This document shows positions 1 through 7,785 of a stretch of DNA of 20,000 nucleotides, piece after piece. Source of the DNA: an uncultured virus (IMG/VR IMGVR_UViG_3300010233_000006) (lineage: Duplodnaviria; Heunggongvirae; Uroviricota; Caudoviricetes). Within the stretch, counting starts at the first letter, position 1, and every line of letters begins with the position of its first letter. Below the pieces are notes generated by a model. It was given only the letters and a program-made list of their open reading frames with translations, searched no databases and was not told the DNA's origin. Position numbers and translations under genes: made by a program. The stretch lies in IMG/VR virus record IMGVR_UViG_3300010233_000006. One strand, 5' to 3'.

Positions 1-362
1 TCCCGAGCAATCGCCAGCGCCGCTTCAGAAGAATCCACCCCCACTACGGTATTGCGGGTGCCAGCCAGTATTTCCGAACCATAGCCTACCCCGCATCCGA
101 AATCCAGGACTCGCGTCTCGATGAACACTCGCGAGGCGAAATCATACCGTTCCAGATGGGCATTCCGCTCCCAGCAATTGGGACAGAGGTCCACATCCAG
201 CGCGCCGCCATCGGGTAACATCCATTCCAAGGTCGGGATATCGGGCACACAGATCAGCGGCCTTTCCCGGGGATGCCGGCGGGCATCGGACAACCCCTCA
301 GCCGATTTCCATTGCGGTCGAAAAGGTCCCGAAACTGGCCCGAACACAAGACGGCCGATCAT
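1..362 (-). CDS. Class I SAM-dependent methyltransferase (5' part; runs off the window)
   Basis: Not in the ORF track. Manual translation from ATG 362 (ATGA overlap with the upstream stop): MIGRLVFGP...NAHLERYDFASRVFIETRVLDFGCGVGYGSEILAGTRNTVVGVDSSEAALAIAR. Contains motif I (VLDFGCGVGYG) and the post-I acidic motif (VVGVD). Alternative start at ATG 221. Confidence 0.88.
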   Translation of the reverse strand, partial: MIGRLVFGPVSGPFRPQWKSAEGLSDARRHPRERPLICVPDIPTLEWMLPDGGALDVDLCPNCWERNAHLERYDFASRVFIETRVLDFGCGVGYGSEILAGTRNTVVGVDSSEAALAIAR

Positions 363-817
363 AGGGTACCTTGGACTGCACAACTTTCGGGAGATGCGGC
401 GAGTTCACGTTCAGGAAGTCCATCCCGCAATCGTCCACCATAAACGCGGGTGAACAGCAAGATCTCTTTGCGCTCGTCATATTCCATGAATGTCCAAATT
501 GGACCAGGCAGCTGTATCTTCGAATAATCGGGCCACGGTGAAGGCGGCGGCGATTGCCAGGGCTTTAAATCCATGAGGGCATTGTCATATGCCTGAATCG
601 TTGCCTCGGATGGCTGCGGATTCAGCAGGTCGAAGGCTCGCAAATCCAAAGCTTCCAGCGCGTGTCGGATTACCCTGTATGTCCCTGCCCAAACACACTC
701 GAACCTGATCCAGTATCCGATACAAACTGACCATTCTGCAAAATGCGTCAGAGCCTTAGGTGCGCTGCCGACCACCCAATTCTTCACGCCGCAGGTGAGC
801 AAAGATTCTTCTTTCAT
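359..817 (-). CDS. Hypothetical protein (152 aa)
   Basis: Start placed at ATG 817 (MKEESLL...), which forms an ATGA overlap with the glycosyltransferase stop; its own stop forms an ATGA overlap with the methyltransferase start. No recognisable motif. Confidence 0.65.
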   Translation of the reverse strand: MKEESLLTCGVKNWVVGSAPKALTHFAEWSVCIGYWIRFECVWAGTYRVIRHALEALDLRAFDLLNPQPSEATIQAYDNALMDLKPWQSPPPSPWPDYSKIQLPGPIWTFMEYDERKEILLFTRVYGGRLRDGLPERELAASPESCAVQGTL

Positions 818-1491
818 GCGGCACCCCACGCATATCCCGAAACGTCCGGGTTGGTGGCCAGTCGCATCCAAGGACCCTGCTCCGTCTTCCGCTCCGAAGT
901 GTTTCCAGAATGGACCGTGGCCACGAGGAATTGCTCTCCGTTCACATTGGCCAGTTGATTCTCGGCGGCGGCCCGGTAGCCAAAACCTTCATCCTGTCCG
1001 ATCTGTAAATGTTCAAACGGATGGGAAAGCCACCAGGACCGCAGAAAACAAAGCGAAGCGCCAAGCGCGATATTCACGCCACCAGGATACCGCCACCAGA
1101 TGGAATTGTCAGTAAAGCAGCAGGTGTGGTATGCCGACACGGCCTTGCCGCTTCCGACTAGCCGTTCCACCTGGTCTGTTAGGCGCCCTGGTGCATACCA
1201 GTCATCATCGTCCTGAATGGCGATTACTTCCGCGTCGATCAGGGAGCAGCCGAGGTTCCGCTTCTCTCCCATTGTCCGGGGCCGGGTATCGTTATCCACG
1301 ATGCACAGCGTAATGCGCGGATCGTCTGTGGGAACCAGGTCGCTCACGTCTTCCCCGTCCGCAAGGATCAGCAGGCGCTTGGCCGGATAGTCCTGCCATT
1401 GGAAGCAGCGGATCGCCTTCGGGAGCCATTGGCGACGGTTCCGAGTGCAGCAGAGGCAGGTGACTGTTGGATAGATTTCAAGGCCGGGCAT
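814..1491 (-). CDS. Glycosyltransferase family 2 (GT-A fold)
   Basis: PTVTCLCCTRNR...LPKAIRCFQWQDYP..LLILADG, MGEKRNLG and the DxD-type motif IAIQDDDDWYAPGRL. Confidence 0.92.
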   Translation of the reverse strand: MPGLEIYPTVTCLCCTRNRRQWLPKAIRCFQWQDYPAKRLLILADGEDVSDLVPTDDPRITLCIVDNDTRPRTMGEKRNLGCSLIDAEVIAIQDDDDWYAPGRLTDQVERLVGSGKAVSAYHTCCFTDNSIWWRYPGGVNIALGASLCFLRSWWLSHPFEHLQIGQDEGFGYRAAAENQLANVNGEQFLVATVHSGNTSERKTEQGPWMRLATNPDVSGYAWGAA

Positions 1492-1513
1492 GCGAAAGTC
1501 TTGATTTTCTGGA

Positions 1514-1618
1514 GCCGGATTCGAACCGGCACTGCGCTATTCCTGGTTGTCGGATCTCGCGCCACCTCAAGCGGCAGGCCACGTCATTTCGTGTGCCGAG
1601 CGGCTTCACGCACCGCAG
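1514..1618 (-). ncRNA. Putative structured RNA ending in a tRNA-like T-arm
   Basis: Minus strand GCCGG-TTCGAAT-CCGGC (1530-1514), preceded by CTGCG/CGCAG pairing (1618-1614 with 1536-1532) and internal hairpins; intergenic location. Confidence 0.35.
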
Positions 1619-1666
1619 GGTATGCCAACTTCCCCCATCCGAACATTCCCGGCCCACTTCTCATAT

Positions 1667-2050
1667 TTACACATTCTCCTGCAGCCCAAGGCAGTTAAGC
1701 TCTAAAACTGCGTTCATTTCCATCACATTGGCCACGGATCGGATCAAGTAGGTACTGCCGTTGTCGCTGGCCACCCGCATGTCCGGTGTGATTCCCGGCT
1801 GATAGTACATCGTGACGATCAGGTAGAGCTCCGTAACGGTCAAACCTCCGCGGATCACTTCTGTGCCTGAAACGATGTCGATGGCCGCCATTGCTGTCGT
1901 AAAAGGATTCCAAACGGACTTCGGGCCGGCCGCATCGAAGTTCGGTGGGCTGGCTGGACCCTGTTTCTGGATCGTCACCAGGTGCCGAAGCTTCCCGATG
2001 TCGATGATCGGGAACCCACCCACGATCTCATAGGACTGGCTTAGAGGCAT
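1667..2050 (-). CDS. Phage head closure / head-tail joining protein (SPP1 gp16-like)
   Basis: IGKLRHLVTIQ...D..G....W...IVTMYYQPGITPDMRV...YLIRSV.N...LELNC pattern; position downstream of the connector. Confidence 0.9.
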   Translation of the reverse strand: MPLSQSYEIVGGFPIIDIGKLRHLVTIQKQGPASPPNFDAAGPKSVWNPFTTAMAAIDIVSGTEVIRGGLTVTELYLIVTMYYQPGITPDMRVASDNGSTYLIRSVANVMEMNAVLELNCLGLQENV

Positions 2051-2199
2051 GGGGAGTTTCCTAAAATCGGGCCGGGGCCCATCGATTCCGATCTGATCTT
2101 AACTCATCCGGCAGGCGAAGTGTGTTATAGTTCCCTACGTGAGCCTCAGTGTTCACCAACCCGCCACCAAACCCATCCAGCCAGAAGGCGAACAAACCA

Positions 2200-2302
2200 C
2201 GAAACCGCGCAATGCAGTGCGCGATCTCAGTCCGTCGCGGATATACGAACAGAAGGCGAAACCGCGCAATGCAGTGCGCGATCTCGATCCGCAGCGGATA
2301 TA
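2200..2302. repeat. Tandem direct repeat with 57-bp period and a hairpin-forming unit
   Basis: CGAAACCGCGCAATGCAGTGCGCGATCTC is identical at 2200-2228 and 2257-2285; each copy is followed after 2 nt by TCCG-NNN-CGGATATA. Confidence 0.9.
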
Positions 2303-2338
2303 GTTGATAATAAGCATAACATTTGCTTTATCAGTTAC

Positions 2339-5041
2339 TTACTGCGGGTTTACCAGCAAATATAGGTCGCACGCCTTGACCTGACCCCGTCCCGTCATGA
2401 TTGTGTTCGTCAGCGGGTACCTGCCGTTTGCACTTGCCCCCAACCAAGCACTAGCCGATTGTGTATCATTTGTTGGATTCGTGACCGGGACGGGAGGCGA
2501 TGCCTGCCAGGAGCTGGAGGCTACCGTATCGGTTCCGAGCATCGGTGTCCACAATAACTGGAAGTTTTCATTGCTCCTCGGATCCTTCTCGACCGGTACC
2601 TGGGTCGCATTCACGATGCCGGGGACGAGAGCAACGGTCAACGTCAGATTCACCACTTTGACTTCTCCCGAGTCCAGGTTGGCCAAGACTGAGATCAGAT
2701 AGGCTTGCCCGCTGGCTCCCCCTCCGATCCGAATTCGCGCCATGGGCAGCGCCAACCCCTGATCGGCCAGCGTGATGCCCGCAACCGCCGGCACCGAAAT
2801 CGAATTGATCGTAGTTATGCCCGCCAGGCCGGTCAGATCGATATCAAAGTCCTCGGTGCTCAGTGGATGCTTCAGCAGGTAGAGCATGACTTCCTCCTGG
2901 ACCATGAAAGAGCGCTGGCATACCGGCACGGGGATGACGTTTGATCGGGCGGCTACCGTGAAACTGCGTTGCAAGACCGGGACCGTTAGCAGCCGGATCG
3001 TGGCCGGTGTGATGTATCGGGCCAGTGTGGCAGCGAAGATCGCGAGTGAGACGTGATCCCGGAAGGTAACGAGCGGCCCGGCTCCAATGTGCGCTCCCAG
3101 CCCGATGCCGATCTGTGCCGCCGCCTGGAGGAAAGCCGCAGATTGGAAGCCCTCCGCAGATCCCAAAACAAGAACATCCCGCACGTCCAGACGAACGGAA
3201 TTACCGATTCCCGCCAGGAGCCCAAGCGTGGCCGAAACGAAGCCGCCTACCGCGACCCCAGCTTGGGCTGATGCCGCCACGCCTAAGCCGATCACATCGC
3301 TGTAGACTGTCGCCCCGCCGGGGTTCGCCGCAATTCCCTGGAGAATTCCAGCCGCAATGGCGCCCGCAATGACCGCCTGGGCATTTGCAGAAGTTCCAGC
3401 GGCAATTCCCAGGGGGGCACCGGCTTGCACGATGGCTTGGGATGCGGCTGTCGTAGCCTCCTGAGATCCCAGCGCAATGGCGCCCCGCAGAACTGCTTGC
3501 GCCGTGGTGACAGAGGCCGCCAGGATTCCGATGCCGACAGGACCGGAAAAGGCCGTGAGCAATGAATAGGAAAGGCCCGCCTGAACGCCCAGTCCAATCC
3601 CGTCCCGGATTGAGGCTGTCCCTGAATCTGTAGTGCCAGAGGATATTCCCAACGTTATGGGTACGCCGAATGCGGTCGCCAGGGCATCGGAAGTGGCAAG
3701 AAGTGCCCCCAGGCTCAGGACATCTCGAAATGTGGCGAAGTCCACTTCCGCAGTTCCGCCGGCCACGCCAAAAGTCAAGGCTCCGGAGAATCCGACGGCT
3801 ACCTGCTGGGCTGTCCCCGCCGCGACACCGAAAGTCAGCGAATCGTTATAAACGTTCGCCGCCACCATTCGGTAGGCCGCGAGGATAATGCAGGACACCG
3901 TGGCGCTCGACTCGGTGGCCGAGACGGTACCGCCCGCACTCGCCACAGTCTGATCTTCCCCCTCCGCCGAAAAGGTACCCGACCAGAGATTCCGCTGCGT
4001 CCAGCCACTGCCGCTGAACGCATCGCCTTCTCCTACTCCGAGAGCGATCACCAATTCGTTATTGTGTCCCGTCGTCAGGTTGGCGGTTGAGTGGCCGACC
4101 GTGCCGTCATCCGTAGCACTCGAGGTGGTGTCGACCGGTGGAGATCCGACAGTGGGGTATTCCAGGAATCCCGCGCCGGCTAACAGGATGCCGGAAGCCA
4201 CATTCCCAAAATCGACCGTCAATATAGGCCGATTGCCACCCGTTCCCACTACTGCGCTGTAGATCCAGGCATGGACTGCATGAGAAGAGGATGATGCCTT
4301 ACGTGTGGCGCTGACATCCGCGACGTAGGAATTGCCCTGGTTGTCCGAGATTGAGACGGAGCGGATCCAGGTAATCCGAGCCTGGCCGCGGGCACCGTTG
4401 CCACCGACTCCTCCCGTGGCCGCGGAGCCGCCACCGCCGCCACCGGGTGCCGCCCCATTGGCCCCACTGCCAATGCCTGCACCAGCACCGCCTGTTCCAC
4501 CGTTGGCACCATTCCCGCCGTCGCCACCGGTAGCACCAGCGGCCGAAACTCCAACACCGCCGGTAGTGGAAATCGTCGACGAAGCGCCCGCGCCGAAGGT
4601 CGGGGAGGAGCCGGTCCCCGGAGATCCCCCAGTTCCGCCGTCGGTTCCCGAGGGTACGGTGACCTTGTGTGTTGCTCCCTTGGCGATCAGGGAGTCCTGG
4701 TCTGTGTCCCCTATTGTGACCGTCAGCGCATCGCCCGGAGTGACGCTGAACGTCCCCTTGCCATAGCCACCACCACCACCACCGTCACCACCATTGCTTA
4801 CGCCGTCCCCCGGGCCACCGGTGCCACCCGCACCCCATACCTCGAAGATCACCTGTGTGCAACCGGTCGGAACCGTGACGCTGGTATCGCCGAGGGTCGT
4901 ATATAAATATTGATCGACCGATCCGCTCCAAATCTGAACTATCAGCAAATCCCCTGCTACGACATTCGAATCGAATTGCAGGGTATAACTGCTGTTGGGC
5001 GCCGGCCCGGCGATCTTGGACTGGATAGGGTCGTAGGACAC
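2339..5041 (-). CDS. Virion fibre-like protein: beta-rich N-domain with an inserted glycine-rich domain, ~20-aa repeat shaft, and two C-terminal fibre-adaptor-like domains
   Basis: 900-aa ORF with GTG start; Gly-rich block (VPTGCTQVIFEVWGAGG...GGGGGG); 20-aa periodic repeats; C-terminal LKHPLSTEDFDIDL and EKDPRSNENFQLLW domains; lies in the structural operon. Confidence 0.75.
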   Translation of the reverse strand: MSYDPIQSKIAGPAPNSSYTLQFDSNVVAGDLLIVQIWSGSVDQYLYTTLGDTSVTVPTGCTQVIFEVWGAGGTGGPGDGVSNGGDGGGGGGYGKGTFSVTPGDALTVTIGDTDQDSLIAKGATHKVTVPSGTDGGTGGSPGTGSSPTFGAGASSTISTTGGVGVSAAGATGGDGGNGANGGTGGAGAGIGSGANGAAPGGGGGGSAATGGVGGNGARGQARITWIRSVSISDNQGNSYVADVSATRKASSSSHAVHAWIYSAVVGTGGNRPILTVDFGNVASGILLAGAGFLEYPTVGSPPVDTTSSATDDGTVGHSTANLTTGHNNELVIALGVGEGDAFSGSGWTQRNLWSGTFSAEGEDQTVASAGGTVSATESSATVSCIILAAYRMVAANVYNDSLTFGVAAGTAQQVAVGFSGALTFGVAGGTAEVDFATFRDVLSLGALLATSDALATAFGVPITLGISSGTTDSGTASIRDGIGLGVQAGLSYSLLTAFSGPVGIGILAASVTTAQAVLRGAIALGSQEATTAASQAIVQAGAPLGIAAGTSANAQAVIAGAIAAGILQGIAANPGGATVYSDVIGLGVAASAQAGVAVGGFVSATLGLLAGIGNSVRLDVRDVLVLGSAEGFQSAAFLQAAAQIGIGLGAHIGAGPLVTFRDHVSLAIFAATLARYITPATIRLLTVPVLQRSFTVAARSNVIPVPVCQRSFMVQEEVMLYLLKHPLSTEDFDIDLTGLAGITTINSISVPAVAGITLADQGLALPMARIRIGGGASGQAYLISVLANLDSGEVKVVNLTLTVALVPGIVNATQVPVEKDPRSNENFQLLWTPMLGTDTVASSSWQASPPVPVTNPTNDTQSASAWLGASANGRYPLTNTIMTGRGQVKACDLYLLVNPQ

Positions 5042-5095
5042 GGAATGATCTGATCGATGCGGAACCTGCCAAACGTTGGGCCAGCAGAACTACTG

Positions 5096-5917
5096 CTATG
5101 CCGATGCTGCAGTCAACGTGACCGTGACGTGTTGATCTTGCACGAACTTGCGAGCCTCTTGTGGGGTGATTTTCGACCGCCTGCTCGTTGCTGAAAGAAT
5201 ACGGATAGTCACCCCGCACCCGCAGTGTGGGCAAAACTTCCAGGTAGCCTGCATACCTGCCTTACACTGAGGACATTCTCTCCCGCTGGCGTTGACACTC
5301 AGAGGCAACGTCAGGGCCTTTTCAATAGGCATACCCTTTCGCAATCGTGCTACGAGCACGTGAGAAGGAATCCCAATTTCAGCGGCCCATTCCCAGACGA
5401 ATTTACGCTCGCCTTCGAATTCTATTTGGCGGACATTGCGGCGGTTTCGCATCTGATCAGTGCGGCTGGCCCACCGACAGTTAGTTTTGGAATATGGGCC
5501 ATCATTGTCGATCCGGTCAAGGCTGGTATTCGTTGGCCGTTCGCCCATGTCAGCAAGAAATCCCTCGAAATATTCCCAACCAGGGTCATAGGAGATGCCG
5601 CGTCCCCCGTAGTTCGCGTATGAATTGTTATTTGGGTTGGTACACCGGCTCCGCATTGCCGCCCATGCAGTATATGTTGGAGTTTTTCTTCCGCGACGTG
5701 CCCAGCCATGGCGCTTGCGACCTGGATGGTCTTCCTTCCAGCATCCGCATGATTTAACCGAACTACAGATCAAGGCACTTGTGGGAACCTCGGTTATTGC
5801 TCCGCAGGCGCACTTGCACCGCCATCGCCTCTTTCGTTTACGGCCAACACCGCAGATTGGCTCAATGGCTGTCAGGCGGCCGAACGTCTTACCAGTTATG
5901 TCTATAGAACCTGGCAT
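5096..5917 (-). CDS. Free-standing HNH homing endonuclease-like protein with a C-terminal zinc ribbon
   Basis: DITGKTFGRLTA..WRCKCACG..SCGC, W..MRSRC.NP..YGGRGI, SLDRIDNDGPYSKTNCRWA..Q.RNRR; extra CPQC..CPHC motif. Confidence 0.9.
   Translation of the reverse strand: MPGSIDITGKTFGRLTAIEPICGVGRKRKRRWRCKCACGAITEVPTSALICSSVKSCGCWKEDHPGRKRHGWARRGRKTPTYTAWAAMRSRCTNPNNNSYANYGGRGISYDPGWEYFEGFLADMGERPTNTSLDRIDNDGPYSKTNCRWASRTDQMRNRRNVRQIEFEGERKFVWEWAAEIGIPSHVLVARLRKGMPIEKALTLPLSVNASGRECPQCKAGMQATWKFCPHCGCGVTIRILSATSRRSKITPQEARKFVQDQHVTVTLTAASA
5111..5130. repeat. 20-bp direct repeat, copy 1 (downstream end of the HNH insertion)
   Basis: AGTCAACGTGACCGTGACGT, identical to 5958-5977. Confidence 0.92.
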
Positions 5918-5923
5918 GAGTCC

Positions 5924-5932
5924 ATGGTAGCA
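5924..5932 (-). promoter_or_regulatory. Putative extended -10 promoter giving a leaderless HNH mRNA
   Basis: Minus strand TG-C-TACCAT, 6 nt, then ATG (5917); no strong Shine-Dalgarno. Confidence 0.45.
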
Positions 5933-5942
5933 TACATTAGTG

Positions 5943-6452
5943 TCACGCGCTACTGGAAGTCAACGTGACCGTGACGTTGACGCTGTCGCCCGAGGCAACT
6001 CCGCGTGGGGTAGCGAAATCGGCAACCCCGTAGAGCGTCCCGGCGGTCCCGCTTTTGGTGTTGTCTGTTACCACGAAGGCCCCTGCAATGGTGGCCGTAC
6101 CGTTGATCGAAAACACTGCCTTCGAGGCCGAATTGTCTACCGATTGTCCCGACACCGCCCCGAGCGTCAGCGTCTGCCGAACGGTTTCCGAATATCCGGT
6201 CGCTTCCGACCAGGCTCCATGGGAGGCCATCGTATCGGCCGCTACTGCGGTTCCGGCACCCTTCAGGCCGACGTAGAAGGCTGCCGTGTAGGAGGCCCCC
6301 TTGAAGTACTTGGAGAGGATGTCGTTCAATCCCACATTGACGGTGAGATTGTCAATTTCCTCGGTCCACTTCAGGCGTCCTTCCGAGTCGAAGCAGTCGA
6401 TGCGGTAGGTGTTTTTCACGGCCAGGGAGGCCTGGAAAGATTCGTTCTTCAT
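5943..6452 (-). CDS. Phage virion structural protein (fibre-associated, beta-rich)
   Basis: KW.EEIDNLTVNVGLNDIL...FYVGL...DTMASH.AW.E.TGY...GAF...GTLY...F...R.V.SGD..NVT pattern, which I recall from phage neck/fibre gene clusters; AAGGA upstream. Confidence 0.75.
   Translation of the reverse strand: MKNESFQASLAVKNTYRIDCFDSEGRLKWTEEIDNLTVNVGLNDILSKYFKGASYTAAFYVGLKGAGTAVAADTMASHGAWSEATGYSETVRQTLTLGAVSGQSVDNSASKAVFSINGTATIAGAFVVTDNTKSGTAGTLYGVADFATPRGVASGDSVNVTVTLTSSSA
5958..5977. repeat. 20-bp direct repeat, copy 2 (3' end of the 169-aa structural gene)
   Basis: AGTCAACGTGACCGTGACGT, identical to 5111-5130. Confidence 0.92.
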
Positions 6453-6470
6453 ATGGGGTATCCTTGGTTC

Positions 6471-6893
6471 ATGGCCAACCGACGAGACTTCCTGAAAATG
6501 TTCGGCGTAGGGGCGACCATCGTTCCCGTCATCGGAGGACTGCCCAGTATGGCGGTCTCGGCAAATCTGATCGAAGTCCCAAAGGTGGAGCCCGTGCGCC
6601 TAGCGTCACCAGCGGAAATCCATGATCTGAATGCTCCGCCCGCTCCTGGAGATATCGCCCGGATGTACCTCGACGTATCCACTAGGGACGGTAAACGCTT
6701 CCGGTTTACTGCCGAGGTCATGACTGTCGATTTAATGGGGCCGCAGAGGTACCGTCCAGACCTCAGAAGTTTTAATGATCCCTACGGCATGATTCCATGT
6801 CCTGTACCAAGCATGGAATGGGATCTCAAGCTCCACGTCCTATCCGGGCCGCACATGACCGTGTACGCTAATCCGGCATCCCCACAATATTGA
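6471..6893 (+). CDS. Antisense moron-like protein with a twin-arginine (Tat)-like signal peptide (140 aa)
   Basis: MANRRDFLKMFGVGATIVPVIGGLPSMAVSA matches (S/T/N)RRxFLK plus an h-region; fills the gap between two minus-strand genes; TATCCT lies 6 nt before the ATG. Confidence 0.72.
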   Translation: MANRRDFLKMFGVGATIVPVIGGLPSMAVSANLIEVPKVEPVRLASPAEIHDLNAPPAPGDIARMYLDVSTRDGKRFRFTAEVMTVDLMGPQRYRPDLRSFNDPYGMIPCPVPSMEWDLKLHVLSGPHMTVYANPASPQY

Positions 6894-7773
6894 CCCGGTA
6901 CCCTGCCAGCAGATCATCCATGGTGTTCTGCACTTCCACCGAGATCAAGCCTCTCCCCGTGGCAATCGGGATTCGATTCTGGAAGTAGTGGGTGGCCAGG
7001 TAGAGAATCGCCATCTGAATACCGCTGGGGACGGCGCTTCCCCGGAAGACCACCGGGGTTGAAAACGGCAATGTCGCTTGCCCATTTGCGGAAACAACCA
7101 ATTGAAGCTGATCCGCGCTTGGGGGCGAACCAACTCCGGGAGTGTAGCTGGCTACGTCGAAGGATTGCCGATTGAACGTCATCCAGGTACCCACTAGGCG
7201 CGGGTCAAAGGTCCCCGATACCAAAGTGGCGACTCCATTCGCATCCACCGTGGCGGTCCCTGTGAATGACTGGTAGCCGCACACATAAGTGATCTGGATC
7301 GGACTCGCCGGCAGCAGGATGGTCGTCGGCCAGATGCCGGCAAAAGGAAGCCGTAACTCTCCCGGCTCTGGCTCCGTGTCCAGCAAATAGTTGCCACCTG
7401 ACGGCGTGTTACTGTATCCCTGCTGCATGGTGTGCAGGGCTCCGGTTGTATCGAAATAATTGAACGACACAATCGATTGCAGTGGCGGCTTGGGCAGCGG
7501 GATCTTGGAGAACTTATAGTATTCCCGCAGCCCGAAGTTCTGCTGGTAACCGATCAAGTAGCTCCTGCCCGGAAAATGCTGGAGCGCCAGGCGCCAGGTC
7601 TGCGGCAGAAACGCCCGCTTCGTGATTTTCTCGCAATCCCGCGTGGCCGCCGCGATGTAGCCGGCGATCAGGGAATCCTCTGTCCCTGCGAAGAACCGGG
7701 AGTGTGCCTTGACATCTGCCACGGAGATCGGATCGAAGGCGGGTGGGACAACGAGAGTGAGGCCGGAGAACAT
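6868..7773 (-). CDS. Head-tail connector/adaptor (HK97 gp6 / phiE125 gp8-like) with an extra inserted domain
   Basis: PPAFDPISVADVKAHSR...EDSLIAGYIAAATRDCE..TKRAFLPQTWRL, LPKPPLQSI, ITYVCGY, VPSGIQMAILYLATHYFQNR. Confidence 0.92.
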   Translation of the reverse strand: MFSGLTLVVPPAFDPISVADVKAHSRFFAGTEDSLIAGYIAAATRDCEKITKRAFLPQTWRLALQHFPGRSYLIGYQQNFGLREYYKFSKIPLPKPPLQSIVSFNYFDTTGALHTMQQGYSNTPSGGNYLLDTEPEPGELRLPFAGIWPTTILLPASPIQITYVCGYQSFTGTATVDANGVATLVSGTFDPRLVGTWMTFNRQSFDVASYTPGVGSPPSADQLQLVVSANGQATLPFSTPVVFRGSAVPSGIQMAILYLATHYFQNRIPIATGRGLISVEVQNTMDDLLAGYRVNIVGMPD

Positions 7774-7785
7774 GGAATTGGGGCG

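Noticed and set aside
2200..2285. CRISPR array (29-bp repeat, 28-bp spacer)
   Set aside because: Only two units, similarity continues into the would-be spacer, and there are no cas genes; better described as a tandem structured repeat
2305..2323. Fur box, which would link to the bacterioferritin
   Set aside because: Only about 11 of 19 matches to the E. coli consensus, and 12 kb away from bfr
2120..2365. 81-aa plus-strand ORF with repeated peptide ETAQCSARS
   Set aside because: The peptide repeat follows from the 57-bp DNA repeat; there is no RBS, and RNA pairing favours the minus strand
5940..6470. N-terminal 177 aa of the 317-aa plus-strand ORF
   Set aside because: Antisense shadow of the 169-aa structural gene; the plausible start is ATG 6471 at the Tat motif
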